DNA of 64,000 nt. Origin: an uncultured bacterium. Its GTDB lineage: Bacteria > Acidobacteriota > HRBIN11 > JAKEFK01. The notes below the pieces were generated by a model. The model made no database searches and was not told the DNA's origin. It was given only the letters and a program-made list of their open reading frames with translations. Both the position numbers and the translations under genes were made by a program. This document shows positions 1 through 8,581 of the stretch, piece after piece (the first letter of the stretch is position 1; each line of letters opens with the position of its first letter). The DNA is taken from the NCBI GenBank assembly GCA_963777505.1, contig CAVZQN010000004.1, forward strand, positions 1,664,001 to 1,728,000, written 5' to 3'.

Positions 1-1147
1 CTAATGCGTCATTAATTGCATGGACAAGAGCATGAAGAGCAGCAGGTTGATGTTCGCCTGGAATCACGATGCATTTGCCTTTGTGCGCTTGCAAATCTCG
101 AACGATTGGCGCAATCCACGCATGCCCTGCATATTCAGATCCGCCACCCAAGCCAAGTCCTGCTGCAATCGCTTTTGCAAATTCAAGAATGTGACTGGAA
201 CGTAATGCAAGACGATGATCCGATACTGCGCCTGTGATTGATGGTGTGCTTTCTACAACATACAACCGGCTCATTTTTGTGTTATCCGCGCCCGTTCGAA
301 CTTTTCTGCGCGAAGTAAAATCACGAATGTAACGGATATTTCCAGGGATGTTGGAAAAGAAATCTGCATCCAGTGACAGAACTACATCCGCTTGATCAAA
401 TTTGTATTGAGTCTCCACTGGTTTACCGAACGCAATTCGAGCGCCATCAAAAACAGCATCTCGATTCACCGCTTCATATTGGTGCCACTTAGCACCGGGT
501 AAAGCTTGAAGCAGCTGATTGATTTGATCTGCGAGTGTTGGAGATGAAATCGTTTCAGTTAAAATGCGGAGTCCTGCACCCGGAGTTGGACGCTGCTTTT
601 CAATTTGCATTCTCAAATTTAGCGCCTGAAACAATTCAGTCCAGGAGCTAATGTTTAACAAATTCGTGACGGATTGCGATCGATCAGGATCGTATAAATC
701 AAGCACACTGGCTTGTCCAAAAACATTTGTCGATCCGAGACTTGCAGGATGATCCGGATTTCCTTCAGCCTTCGTTGGCCTCCCCATATGATTCTCCATG
801 AGCAACCCATTTCCATAGCCGCTCATTGTCATCGCAGTGGCAAAAAATAAAGGCTTTCCTGGAATCAATTCTTCAGGCTGTCGAACGTAAGGAACAATTC
901 TTTCTTCGGGCTGTTTTGTACAGGACGTAATTCCAGCAAGCGCAAGGGAGGCACCCATGATTTTTATGAAATTTCTGCGGCTTACAGGATCGAACCATTC
1001 AGAAGCTTGTTCAGGAAATTCACGATGTAGATATTCAAGAAACTCTTCACTTCCAGATAATTCTTCAAGGCTTCGCCAATAACGCTTTCCTGTCGTACTT
1101 TCTAATTTGTTTTTGAGAGCCGGATCTATCGATCTTGGATTGCTCAT
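1..1147 (-). CDS. actB: Alternative complex III subunit B (molybdopterin-oxidoreductase-like / Fe-S), 5' part; runs off the window edge
   Basis: Not in the ORF track. Manual translation from the ATG at 1147 (ATGA overlap with the actA stop) gives MSNPRSIDPALKNKLESTTGKRYWRSLEEL...HREFPEQ...SRRNFIKIMGASLALAG...GRPTKAEGNPDHPAS, the typical ActB N-terminus with a twin-arginine-variant signal. Confidence 0.9.
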   Translation of the reverse strand, partial: MSNPRSIDPALKNKLESTTGKRYWRSLEELSGSEEFLEYLHREFPEQASEWFDPVSRRNFIKIMGASLALAGITSCTKQPEERIVPYVRQPEELIPGKPLFFATAMTMSGYGNGLLMENHMGRPTKAEGNPDHPASLGSTNVFGQASVLDLYDPDRSQSVTNLLNISSWTELFQALNLRMQIEKQRPTPGAGLRILTETISSPTLADQINQLLQALPGAKWHQYEAVNRDAVFDGARIAFGKPVETQYKFDQADVVLSLDADFFSNIPGNIRYIRDFTSRRKVRTGADNTKMSRLYVVESTPSITGAVSDHRLALRSSHILEFAKAIAAGLGLGGGSEYAGHAWIAPIVRDLQAHKGKCIVIPGEHQPAALHALVHAINDAL

Positions 1148-1791
1148 CGGTGACACACTGTGCAATCTTGTAAACGAGCGATCTTGTATTTCTTGACAAG
1201 CTCCTGACCCTTTTTGAGTTGATCAGCCGGAGGCTCGTAGTTCATGTTGAATACTTCTTGCTGTTCTCGAACGTATTTTTCCGGATGACGATGACAATTC
1301 AAACACCATTCCATTGCCAGTGAAGCATCCTGCCACATTAAAGGCATTTGATTGACCTTGCCATGACACGTATCACAACCGACACCTTTTTTTACGTGAA
1401 TGCTGTGATTGAAATAAACAAAATCAGGAAGATCGTTAACGCGAACCCATTCCAGCGATTTTCCCGTGCGAAAGCTTTCTCTAACAGGTTCCAGGTAGGG
1501 GCTATTGGCCCAAATTTGTGAATGACAGTTCATACAAGTCTTCGTTGGTGGAATACCAGCAAACGAAGACTCTTCTACTGATGTATGACAAAAACGGCAA
1601 TCAATACCGATTCCGCCTACATGATGTTGATGACTGAATTGAACGGGTTGTTCTTTTGCGATCTTTGCTTGGGTGACATAAGGCGAACGATTGATTCCAG
1701 CAACCCCCCACCCTAACGCTCCCAAAATAAACAATCCGCCAAGAATGCTGAATTTCGATAATGTGTTCGTGCTCGGATGGAAGATCTGCAT
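1144..1791 (-). CDS. actA: Alternative complex III pentaheme cytochrome c subunit A
   Basis: N-terminal TM helix, QPVQFSHQHH and five CxxCH motifs (CRFCH, CMNCH, CDTCH, CLNCH, CTVCH); directly upstream of actB. Confidence 0.92.
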   Translation of the reverse strand: MQIFHPSTNTLSKFSILGGLFILGALGWGVAGINRSPYVTQAKIAKEQPVQFSHQHHVGGIGIDCRFCHTSVEESSFAGIPPTKTCMNCHSQIWANSPYLEPVRESFRTGKSLEWVRVNDLPDFVYFNHSIHVKKGVGCDTCHGKVNQMPLMWQDASLAMEWCLNCHRHPEKYVREQQEVFNMNYEPPADQLKKGQELVKKYKIARLQDCTVCHR

Positions 1792-1969
1792 AGTACGCCT
1801 CTGTGCGAATCCGAAATCTCAGCGTGAACCTTTTATCGGGGAAGGAAAAATCTTACCGTATTTAATATAAAAAAGAAAACGGTTTCGGGGAGGGGCATTT
1901 TTCAGTGTTTTGCGCTAGTTTAATTCAACCCAAGAGGCCAGCGCCCTATTATGGGCTACACTGTACATG

Positions 1970-2102
1970 ATTTCAGATTTCAGACGTTAGATTTTAGATT
2001 GAAATTTTTGATTTAAGATTAATAGAAACCTTGCTTCAAGCTGAGTAAATCAATCAAAAATCCTCAATTCCAATCTGAAATCTGAAATCTAGAATCTGAA
2101 AT
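1970..2102. repeat. Inverted array of degenerate heptamer repeats (ATTTCAG-like, then AATCTGA-like)
   Basis: atttcag atttcag acgttag attttag att ... aatctga aatctga aatctag aatctga aat; the two arms are reverse complements. Confidence 0.8.
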
Positions 2103-2107
2103 TGAAT

Positions 2108-2875
2108 ATGAATGAAACGGTTCGTTTTGAAAATGTTTCCTGTCGGATTGGCAGCGCGGAATTAATACGGGATTTGAATCTGGCAATCAGTGAAGGGGAG
2201 ACGTTCGTTCTTTTAGGCCGAAGTGGATCAGGGAAGACAACCACGCTAAAACTTGTGAACCGGCTTCTTTCAGCCACTTCGGGGGCTGTCATTGTGGAAG
2301 GACGCAATGTCGGAGACTGGGATCCGATTCTGTTGCGAAGAAGAATTGGGTATGTGATCCAGGAAATCGGTTTATTTCCGCACCTTACGATTGAAAAAAA
2401 TGTAGGGTTGGTTCCATCTTTGTTAAATTGGGATCCTGAAAAAATCAAAGAGCGTTACCGTGTTGTTATGCATTTGGTTGATCTTGATCCAGAGGTGTTT
2501 GCCAGTAGATACGCATTTGAACTTTCGGGTGGACAGCGCCAGCGTGTCGGCGTGGCCCGTGCACTGGCAGCCGATCCTCCCTTGTTGTTAATGGATGAGC
2601 CATTTGGTGCGCTTGATCCTGTAACCCGTACAGATCTGCAAGCCGCTTTCAAGTCATGGAAAAAGAGACTTGGTAAAACCATTCTCTTTGTTACTCATGA
2701 TGTGGCTGAAGCTTTTTTGCTTGGCGACAGAATTGGTTTGATGGAATCGGGTACTCTCGTTGAGTGTGGCACAAAAGCCGTTATGAATGATTCGAATCAT
2801 CCGCTCATTCATGCGTTTCGAGTATCCGTCGAAACTTTTTTGAAGGAATCCGAGAACACCAGTGAATCTTTATAA
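2108..2875 (+). CDS. Osmoprotectant/quaternary-amine ABC transporter ATP-binding protein (OpuCA/OsmV-like)
   Basis: Walker A GRSGSGKTT, signature LSGGQRQRVGVARALA, Walker B LLLMDEPFGALDP, RRRIGYVIQEIGLFPH. ATG at 2108 preferred over TTG at 2102. Confidence 0.9.
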   Translation: MNETVRFENVSCRIGSAELIRDLNLAISEGETFVLLGRSGSGKTTTLKLVNRLLSATSGAVIVEGRNVGDWDPILLRRRIGYVIQEIGLFPHLTIEKNVGLVPSLLNWDPEKIKERYRVVMHLVDLDPEVFASRYAFELSGGQRQRVGVARALAADPPLLLMDEPFGALDPVTRTDLQAAFKSWKKRLGKTILFVTHDVAEAFLLGDRIGLMESGTLVECGTKAVMNDSNHPLIHAFRVSVETFLKESENTSESL

Positions 2876-3509
2876 CTTCCTTTTGACCAATTGGAATGAG
2901 TTGGTTTCAGTTACGTTGCAGCATTTGTTACTTGCTTCAGTTTCGACTTTGATAGCATGCGCAATCGGTATACCCACGGGAATTTTTTTAACGCGACGTC
3001 CTGAATTAAGCAAACCGATCCTTGGTTTTGCAAGTGTTGTTCAAACAATTCCAAGTCTCGCACTGCTTGGTTTTCTTATCCCGCTTCCATTTATTGGCGG
3101 TATCGGACCTCGTAGCGCAATCGCTGCGTTATCGTTATACTCGCTTCTGCCTGTAATCAGCAGCACTCATGCCGGAATCAAAGGAATAGACCGGTCTGTT
3201 ATTGAAGCTGGCCGTGGAATGGGAATGAACAACAGGCAGTTATTAACTCAAGTAGAGATCCCGCTAGCGGCTGGAGTAATTCTTGCGGGAATCCGTGTCG
3301 CAATGGTTTTATCAATTGGAATTGCTACAATCGCAGCGCTTACTGGCGCAGGCGGTCTTGGCACATATATTTTTCGTGGTATTTCTATGCTCGATCATAC
3401 GTTAATTTTTGCTGGAGCCATTCCTTCTGCACTGCTTGCACTTTCAGCGGATTTGATTCTTGGGATCGTTCAGAAACATATTCAATTCGTCCCTGTCGTA
3501 AAAAAATAG
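2862..3509 (+). CDS. Osmoprotectant ABC transporter permease (OpuCB/ProW-like)
   Basis: QTIPSLALLG and EAA loop (IEAGRGMGM), GAGGLG; multiple TM helices. Confidence 0.9.
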   Translation: MNLYNFLLTNWNELVSVTLQHLLLASVSTLIACAIGIPTGIFLTRRPELSKPILGFASVVQTIPSLALLGFLIPLPFIGGIGPRSAIAALSLYSLLPVISSTHAGIKGIDRSVIEAGRGMGMNNRQLLTQVEIPLAAGVILAGIRVAMVLSIGIATIAALTGAGGLGTYIFRGISMLDHTLIFAGAIPSALLALSADLILGIVQKHIQFVPVVKK

Positions 3510-3511
3510 CT

Positions 3512-4378
3512 ATGCGTTTCCTATCCATTTTAATCCTGGCACTTTTTTCGTTTGCCTGCGCTTCTAAAGAAGAGGCAATTGTCGTTGGTTCAAAAAACTT
3601 TAGCGAACAAGTGCTGCTTGGTGAAATACTCGCTCAACAAATTGAAAACAAAACAAATCTTAAAGTCGATCGAAAACTAAATCTCGGTGGAACTTTTATT
3701 TGCCACAAAGCTATGATCGCAGGTGAGATGGATACGTATATCGAATATACCGGCACCGCCCTGACGGCAATCTTGAAACATGAAACCCAAACTGATCCGA
3801 AAACTGTAACGAGGATTGTAAAAGATGATTATGTCAAACAGTTTAAGATTGAATGGCTGGATCCTTTGGGATTCAACAATACATTTGCAGTTTTAGTTCG
3901 GAAAGAAGATGCTGGCCGATTGAATCTTAAAACGATTTCCGATCTTGCTCGTCATCCGGATCTGAGACCTGGTTTTGGTTACGAATTTATGGAACGCAAA
4001 GACGGCTTTCCAGGTCTTGAGAAGCTTTATGGTTTGAACTTTAAGGAACGTCCTAAATCAATGGACTTAATGATCAGTTACAACGCTCTTGCTCAAAAGA
4101 AGGTCGATGTCATTTCGGGAAATTCTACAGATGGGCTGATTGAAAAGTTGAATTTAGTAGTGCTTGAAGATGATCGGCATTATTTCCCTCCTTATGAGGC
4201 TGCTCCTGTCATCCGCATGGATACTTTGTCGCGTCATCCGGAGTTAGGCCCAGCATTACGTGGACTTGCGGGCAAAATTTCAGAGCAAGAGATGAGACGC
4301 TTGAACTCGCAGGTTGATGTGGAGAAACGTGACGTCAAACAAGTTGCCGCTGACTTTTTGAAAAGCATCTCACATTGA
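3512..4378 (+). CDS. Glycine betaine/choline-family ABC substrate-binding lipoprotein (OpuCC/OsmF-like)
   Basis: Lipobox FSFAC; motifs VGSKNFSEQ, YIEYTGT, LGFNNTFA, LEDDRHYFPPY. Confidence 0.9.
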   Translation: MRFLSILILALFSFACASKEEAIVVGSKNFSEQVLLGEILAQQIENKTNLKVDRKLNLGGTFICHKAMIAGEMDTYIEYTGTALTAILKHETQTDPKTVTRIVKDDYVKQFKIEWLDPLGFNNTFAVLVRKEDAGRLNLKTISDLARHPDLRPGFGYEFMERKDGFPGLEKLYGLNFKERPKSMDLMISYNALAQKKVDVISGNSTDGLIEKLNLVVLEDDRHYFPPYEAAPVIRMDTLSRHPELGPALRGLAGKISEQEMRRLNSQVDVEKRDVKQVAADFLKSISH

Positions 4379-4382
4379 GTAC

Positions 4383-4480
4383 GGAGCGCGGACATCTTGT
4401 CCGCATTAAGGGCCGCAGGCATCTTGCCTGCAGGAAAATTGCGGACTGGAAGTCCGCGGCCCGAAATGCAGGCTGGAAGC
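4383..4480. repeat. REP-like cluster of short GC-rich palindromes
   Basis: GCGGACATCTTGTCCGC, GCAGGCATCTTGCCTGC, GCGGACTGGAAGTCCGC and a partial GCAGGCTGGAAGC, arranged as forward and reverse copies. Confidence 0.75.
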
Positions 4481-4507
4481 GTGACTCGTGCGGTAGAGTT
4501 CTGATAT

Positions 4508-5614
4508 ATGAAATTTGAGGATTATCAGCCGGAAGAAGATTTATCGCGCGCATCAACCATTCCTGCCCGATGGTGCACGGATCCTGGATTTCTTGAATTA
4601 GAAAAGAAGAAAATCTTTTGGGCCACATGGCAACCTGTAAGCAGACTGGAATTGCTTCAGCGTCCGGGCGACTTTCATACTGCTGAAATTGCAGGTGAAC
4701 CGCTTGTCATAGTCCGTGGATCAGATAATCAATTAAACGCATTTTCGAATGTGTGCAGACATCGCGCAGGTCCTGTTGCTGTAGGGCGAGGAAATCGCAA
4801 AAGCTTGCAATGCCGCTATCATGGCTGGACATATGGTTTAGATGGCCGCCTTCTTACGCAACCTGATTTCGAAGGGGTTAATGATTGGAACAAAGAAGAA
4901 ATCTGTTTGCCTTCTTTTGCAGTTGAAGCGTATGGCCCGTTTGTTTATGTAAATTTAAGCCGCAGACCAAATCCACTTCGCTTGTATATGGGACATATTC
5001 CGTTTGAAGTTCAAGAAATGGGTGTTGATCTGAACAGTATGCGATTGATTGAACGCCGTGATTATGTTGTGAATTGCAACTGGAAAGTCTATGTGGATAA
5101 CTATCTTGAAGGCTACCATATTCCGATGGCCCATCCAGGATTATTTAAGGAAGTGGATACAGAACAATATCGCATTGATACATTTCGATATTACAGCTCG
5201 GCTCATGCACCGATTCGAGATTTAAAGACTGGAGACCTGCAAGGGCGGGATCGAAGATATGTCAGGAATACGGCCGAATCGAGAGCACTTTATTATTGGG
5301 TTTTTCCCAATTGGATGATCAATATTTATCCAGACAATTTGAGCATCAATATTGTTCTACCAATTAATCATGAACAGACGCTCACAATCTTCGAATGGTA
5401 TTTCAATGAACCGGGGACAGGTGAAGGCTGGGAATCGGTTCAGGAATCGATTACATTCAGCGATCAAATTCAGAAAGAAGATATCGAAATCTGCGAAGCG
5501 GTCCAGCGCGGTTTGAAATCAAAGACATATGATCGAGGCAGATTTTCGGTAAAAAAGGAAAATGGTGTTCACCATTTTCATCTGTTACTGAATGAATTCC
5601 TATCGCAACCTTGA
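4508..5614 (+). CDS. Rieske non-heme iron oxygenase alpha subunit (choline monooxygenase-like)
   Basis: Rieske ligands CRH...CRYH; mononuclear Fe site NWKVYVDNYLEGYHIPMAH and QKEDIEICE. Confidence 0.88.
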   Translation: MKFEDYQPEEDLSRASTIPARWCTDPGFLELEKKKIFWATWQPVSRLELLQRPGDFHTAEIAGEPLVIVRGSDNQLNAFSNVCRHRAGPVAVGRGNRKSLQCRYHGWTYGLDGRLLTQPDFEGVNDWNKEEICLPSFAVEAYGPFVYVNLSRRPNPLRLYMGHIPFEVQEMGVDLNSMRLIERRDYVVNCNWKVYVDNYLEGYHIPMAHPGLFKEVDTEQYRIDTFRYYSSAHAPIRDLKTGDLQGRDRRYVRNTAESRALYYWVFPNWMINIYPDNLSINIVLPINHEQTLTIFEWYFNEPGTGEGWESVQESITFSDQIQKEDIEICEAVQRGLKSKTYDRGRFSVKKENGVHHFHLLLNEFLSQP

Positions 5615-5616
5615 TT

Positions 5617-5675
5617 TTAACGCCGAGTACGCCGAGGATTTTTAAATAATTTTAACTCGGCGTCCTCTGCGTTAA
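5617..5675. repeat. Inverted 9-mer repeat hairpin between convergent genes (possible bidirectional terminator)
   Basis: ttaacgccgagtacgccgag ... ctcggcgtcctctgcgttaa. Confidence 0.6.
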
Positions 5676-5681
5676 GAAAAA

Positions 5682-7112
5682 CTATTCAACGGGCACAGGA
5701 GGCGGACCGTCAGGAATATATCCTTTATAAACAACGTTGCCTTTGCGTTCCACGAAATCCTTTTTGATTTCATCCCGTTGTTGCGGGCTCAAATAAAGAT
5801 CGATCATTGTAGCCGCCATCGCTTTCGATGCATACATCATTCCTTTGTGGCCGATCGACATCCCACCGGCAGCCACAACAGGCCATGCGTGCCATGGTGC
5901 TTCGGCTGGAGCAGTAACTACGCAAAGATGAAGTGTTGGAATGTTCCAACTCACATCTGCAACATCAGTTGATCCGCCTTCAGGTTCACCTGGAGCATTT
6001 GCGACCGGAGTAATCTTTTCATCCAAACCAATTTCCTTTCCGCCTGCTTCTTTTTGGATCTTGCGCGCAAACGCATGTTCTTCTTCGGTAAAATCGGGCG
6101 GTCCTAGCCACTGCAAATTTGCATCGAGCAATTTTGCGCCCGGCATATTTACGAGGATTTCTGGAGAACCGGCTTGCACGGTAAATTTCATTTCAACACC
6201 GGCTGCCATTGCTGCGCCTTCAGCTACTTTTTTTACACGCTCCAAAAGTTCATCCACTCTGACTTTTTTTGAGTCACGTACCCAGCACCATAACCTCGCA
6301 TATTCAGGGACAACATTCGGAACATCCCCTCCTTTCTGGATCGCGTAATGAATGCGAACGGAAGGCCGTACATGTTCCCGCATTAAATTCAAAGCGTGAG
6401 TAAACAATTCCAAACCATCTACCGCGCTTTTGCCATTCCATGGATCGAATGCAGCATGGGAAGTTTTACCAAAAAATTCAACCCTGAAATCAGCCATCGC
6501 CTGGCTGCTATCGGTATCAGCCTTTGTTTCAGAATCGGGATGCCATGCAACAGCAATATCGACATCCTTAAAAAGGCCTTCACGAATCATGTAGGCTTTG
6601 CCGCCGACTGATTCTTCTGCCGGAGTTCCATAGAAGCGGATCGTTCCTTTTAGCTTTCCAGCCTGAATCAGATCTTTGATTGCAAGCGCTGATCCCAAAC
6701 TTGCGACGCCGAATAAGTTATGGCCACATCCATGTCCACCTGCACCTTCTGCCAACGCTTCCTTATGCGGAGTCGCTTTTTGAGAAATTCCGGGAAGTGC
6801 ATCATATTCGCCAAGAATTGCAATGATGGGACGTCCTTCCCCAAATTCTGCAATAAAAGCTGTCGGCATTTGCGCTACGCCGCGAGTCACTCGAAAACCA
6901 TTTTTTTCAGCATAATCGGAAAGAAGTTTTGCCGATTTTGTTTCTTTTAAAGCGGTTTCAGCAAAGGCCCAGATTTGATCGCTCATCGCGGTCATTTCAT
7001 TTGTTCTTTTTACAATACTTTCAACGGCTGATTTTTTCAGCGCTTCATCTGCGAACAGAAAATTTACAAACAACGAAATTACAAAGACCTGGCTTAAGAT
7101 TTTGATTTTCAT
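5682..7112 (-). CDS. M20 family amidohydrolase, AbgB-like, with signal peptide
   Basis: LGEYDALPG, GHGCGHNL, GTPAEE, GGSTDV. Start placed at ATG 7112 (MKIKILSQVFVISLFVNFLFA). Confidence 0.85.
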   Translation of the reverse strand: MKIKILSQVFVISLFVNFLFADEALKKSAVESIVKRTNEMTAMSDQIWAFAETALKETKSAKLLSDYAEKNGFRVTRGVAQMPTAFIAEFGEGRPIIAILGEYDALPGISQKATPHKEALAEGAGGHGCGHNLFGVASLGSALAIKDLIQAGKLKGTIRFYGTPAEESVGGKAYMIREGLFKDVDIAVAWHPDSETKADTDSSQAMADFRVEFFGKTSHAAFDPWNGKSAVDGLELFTHALNLMREHVRPSVRIHYAIQKGGDVPNVVPEYARLWCWVRDSKKVRVDELLERVKKVAEGAAMAAGVEMKFTVQAGSPEILVNMPGAKLLDANLQWLGPPDFTEEEHAFARKIQKEAGGKEIGLDEKITPVANAPGEPEGGSTDVADVSWNIPTLHLCVVTAPAEAPWHAWPVVAAGGMSIGHKGMMYASKAMAATMIDLYLSPQQRDEIKKDFVERKGNVVYKGYIPDGPPPVPVE

Positions 7113-7176
7113 CGTGTGTGTTTTTCCCCCATGCTCTTCTTGTGGCAAGAACGTTCGTACTACTATGCACCGCGAA

Positions 7177-8541
7177 CTATTTTATGTACACGGTTTTGAT
7201 GTTGACGAATTCACGGATTCCGTACGATGACAATTCACGTCCGTATCCGGATTCTTTTACCCCGCCGAAAGGCAAACGGGGATCGGATTTGACAAAAGTA
7301 TTAACGAAACAGGCACCTGCTTCAAACTTTTCTGCTGCTATATTTTCACCACGCTTTATGTCGCGTGTAAATACAGCCGCTCCAAGTCCGAATTCTGAAT
7401 CATTTGCAACTCGAATCGCTTCTGCTTCACTTTCAACAGGAATGATTGCGGCAACAGGCCCGAACAACTCTTCATCGTATGCAGGCATCCCTTTTTTTAC
7501 GTCTGTTAACACTGTCGGTTCATAGTATGCGCCTTCACGATCGGGAATTGTTCCACCCAGCAGCAAGCGAGCCCCTTTTTCGACACTGATCACCACTTGA
7601 CGATGCAACGCATTCCGCAAATCAATTCGAGCTTGCGGACCCAAATCGACGCCTTCTTCAAGTGGATTGCCCATCTTCTTGGATTTCATTTTCTCGACGA
7701 ACATTTCTTCAAAGCGATTTCGAATTTCGTTGACTACGATAAAACGCTTAGCAGCGATGCAGCTCTGTCCGCCATTAATCAAACGAGAAGTCACGCAAGT
7801 ATCCACAGCCAGATCAAGATCGGCATCTTTTAGAATGACATAAGGATCACTGCCGCCAAGTTCTAACACTGTTTTCTTCATGACTGAGCCGGCTTTTGAT
7901 GCAACCGATTTTCCTGCAGGTGTACTTCCCGTGAGCGTAACCGCTTTGACATAAGGATGTTCAATAATGTTTGCGACGACCTGGTTATTCACAAGAACAG
8001 TACGGAAAAGATTTTCCGGAAACTCAGCATTGCGAAAAATTTCTTCAATAGCCAACGCGCAGCCAGGAACATTGGAAGCATGTTTTAGGATTCCGGCATT
8101 TCCTGCCATTAATCCAGGAGCAGCGAAACGAAAAACCTGCCAGAACGGAAAATTCCATGGCATGACCGCGAGCACGATTCCCAACGGATTAAATGCTACA
8201 TAGCTGCGAGAAGCATCGGTATCCACTAATTCCGGAGATAGAAATTTTTCCGCATTCTCAGCATAATATTCGCAGCACCACGCGCATTTTTCCGCCTCAG
8301 CCCGGCCTTGAGCGAGCGGTTTTCCCATTTCATCAGCCATCAGGCGTGCATACTTTTCCTTGCCTTCTTTCAGCAGCTTTGCTGCTGCTTTCATTTTCTT
8401 GCTGCGTTCACTAAAAGTGGATCCTTTCCAACCTTCATAAGCTTTCTGTGTATTTTCCAGGATCGATTCAATTTCTTCCCACGTCATCTCATCATATTTA
8501 TTGATGACCTGATTTGTTGCCGGATTAATGACTTCAATCAT
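7177..8541 (-). CDS. gabD: NAD(P)-dependent succinate-semialdehyde dehydrogenase (GabD1/Sad-type aldehyde dehydrogenase)
   Basis: MPWNFPFWQVFRFAAP, LKHASNVP, LTGST, LELGGSDP, GQSCIAAKR, EELFGP, PFGGVKESGYGRE. Confidence 0.85.
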   Translation of the reverse strand: MIEVINPATNQVINKYDEMTWEEIESILENTQKAYEGWKGSTFSERSKKMKAAAKLLKEGKEKYARLMADEMGKPLAQGRAEAEKCAWCCEYYAENAEKFLSPELVDTDASRSYVAFNPLGIVLAVMPWNFPFWQVFRFAAPGLMAGNAGILKHASNVPGCALAIEEIFRNAEFPENLFRTVLVNNQVVANIIEHPYVKAVTLTGSTPAGKSVASKAGSVMKKTVLELGGSDPYVILKDADLDLAVDTCVTSRLINGGQSCIAAKRFIVVNEIRNRFEEMFVEKMKSKKMGNPLEEGVDLGPQARIDLRNALHRQVVISVEKGARLLLGGTIPDREGAYYEPTVLTDVKKGMPAYDEELFGPVAAIIPVESEAEAIRVANDSEFGLGAAVFTRDIKRGENIAAEKFEAGACFVNTFVKSDPRLPFGGVKESGYGRELSSYGIREFVNIKTVYIK

Positions 8542-8581
8542 GATGATTCTCCTTCATTGCGTCTTTGCGGTTGAGCTAAGA

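Noticed and set aside
1-1147. Catalytic molybdoenzyme (for example a nitrate or DMSO reductase)
   Set aside because: The N-terminus and the position after pentaheme actA identify ActB, which is not known to bind Moco.
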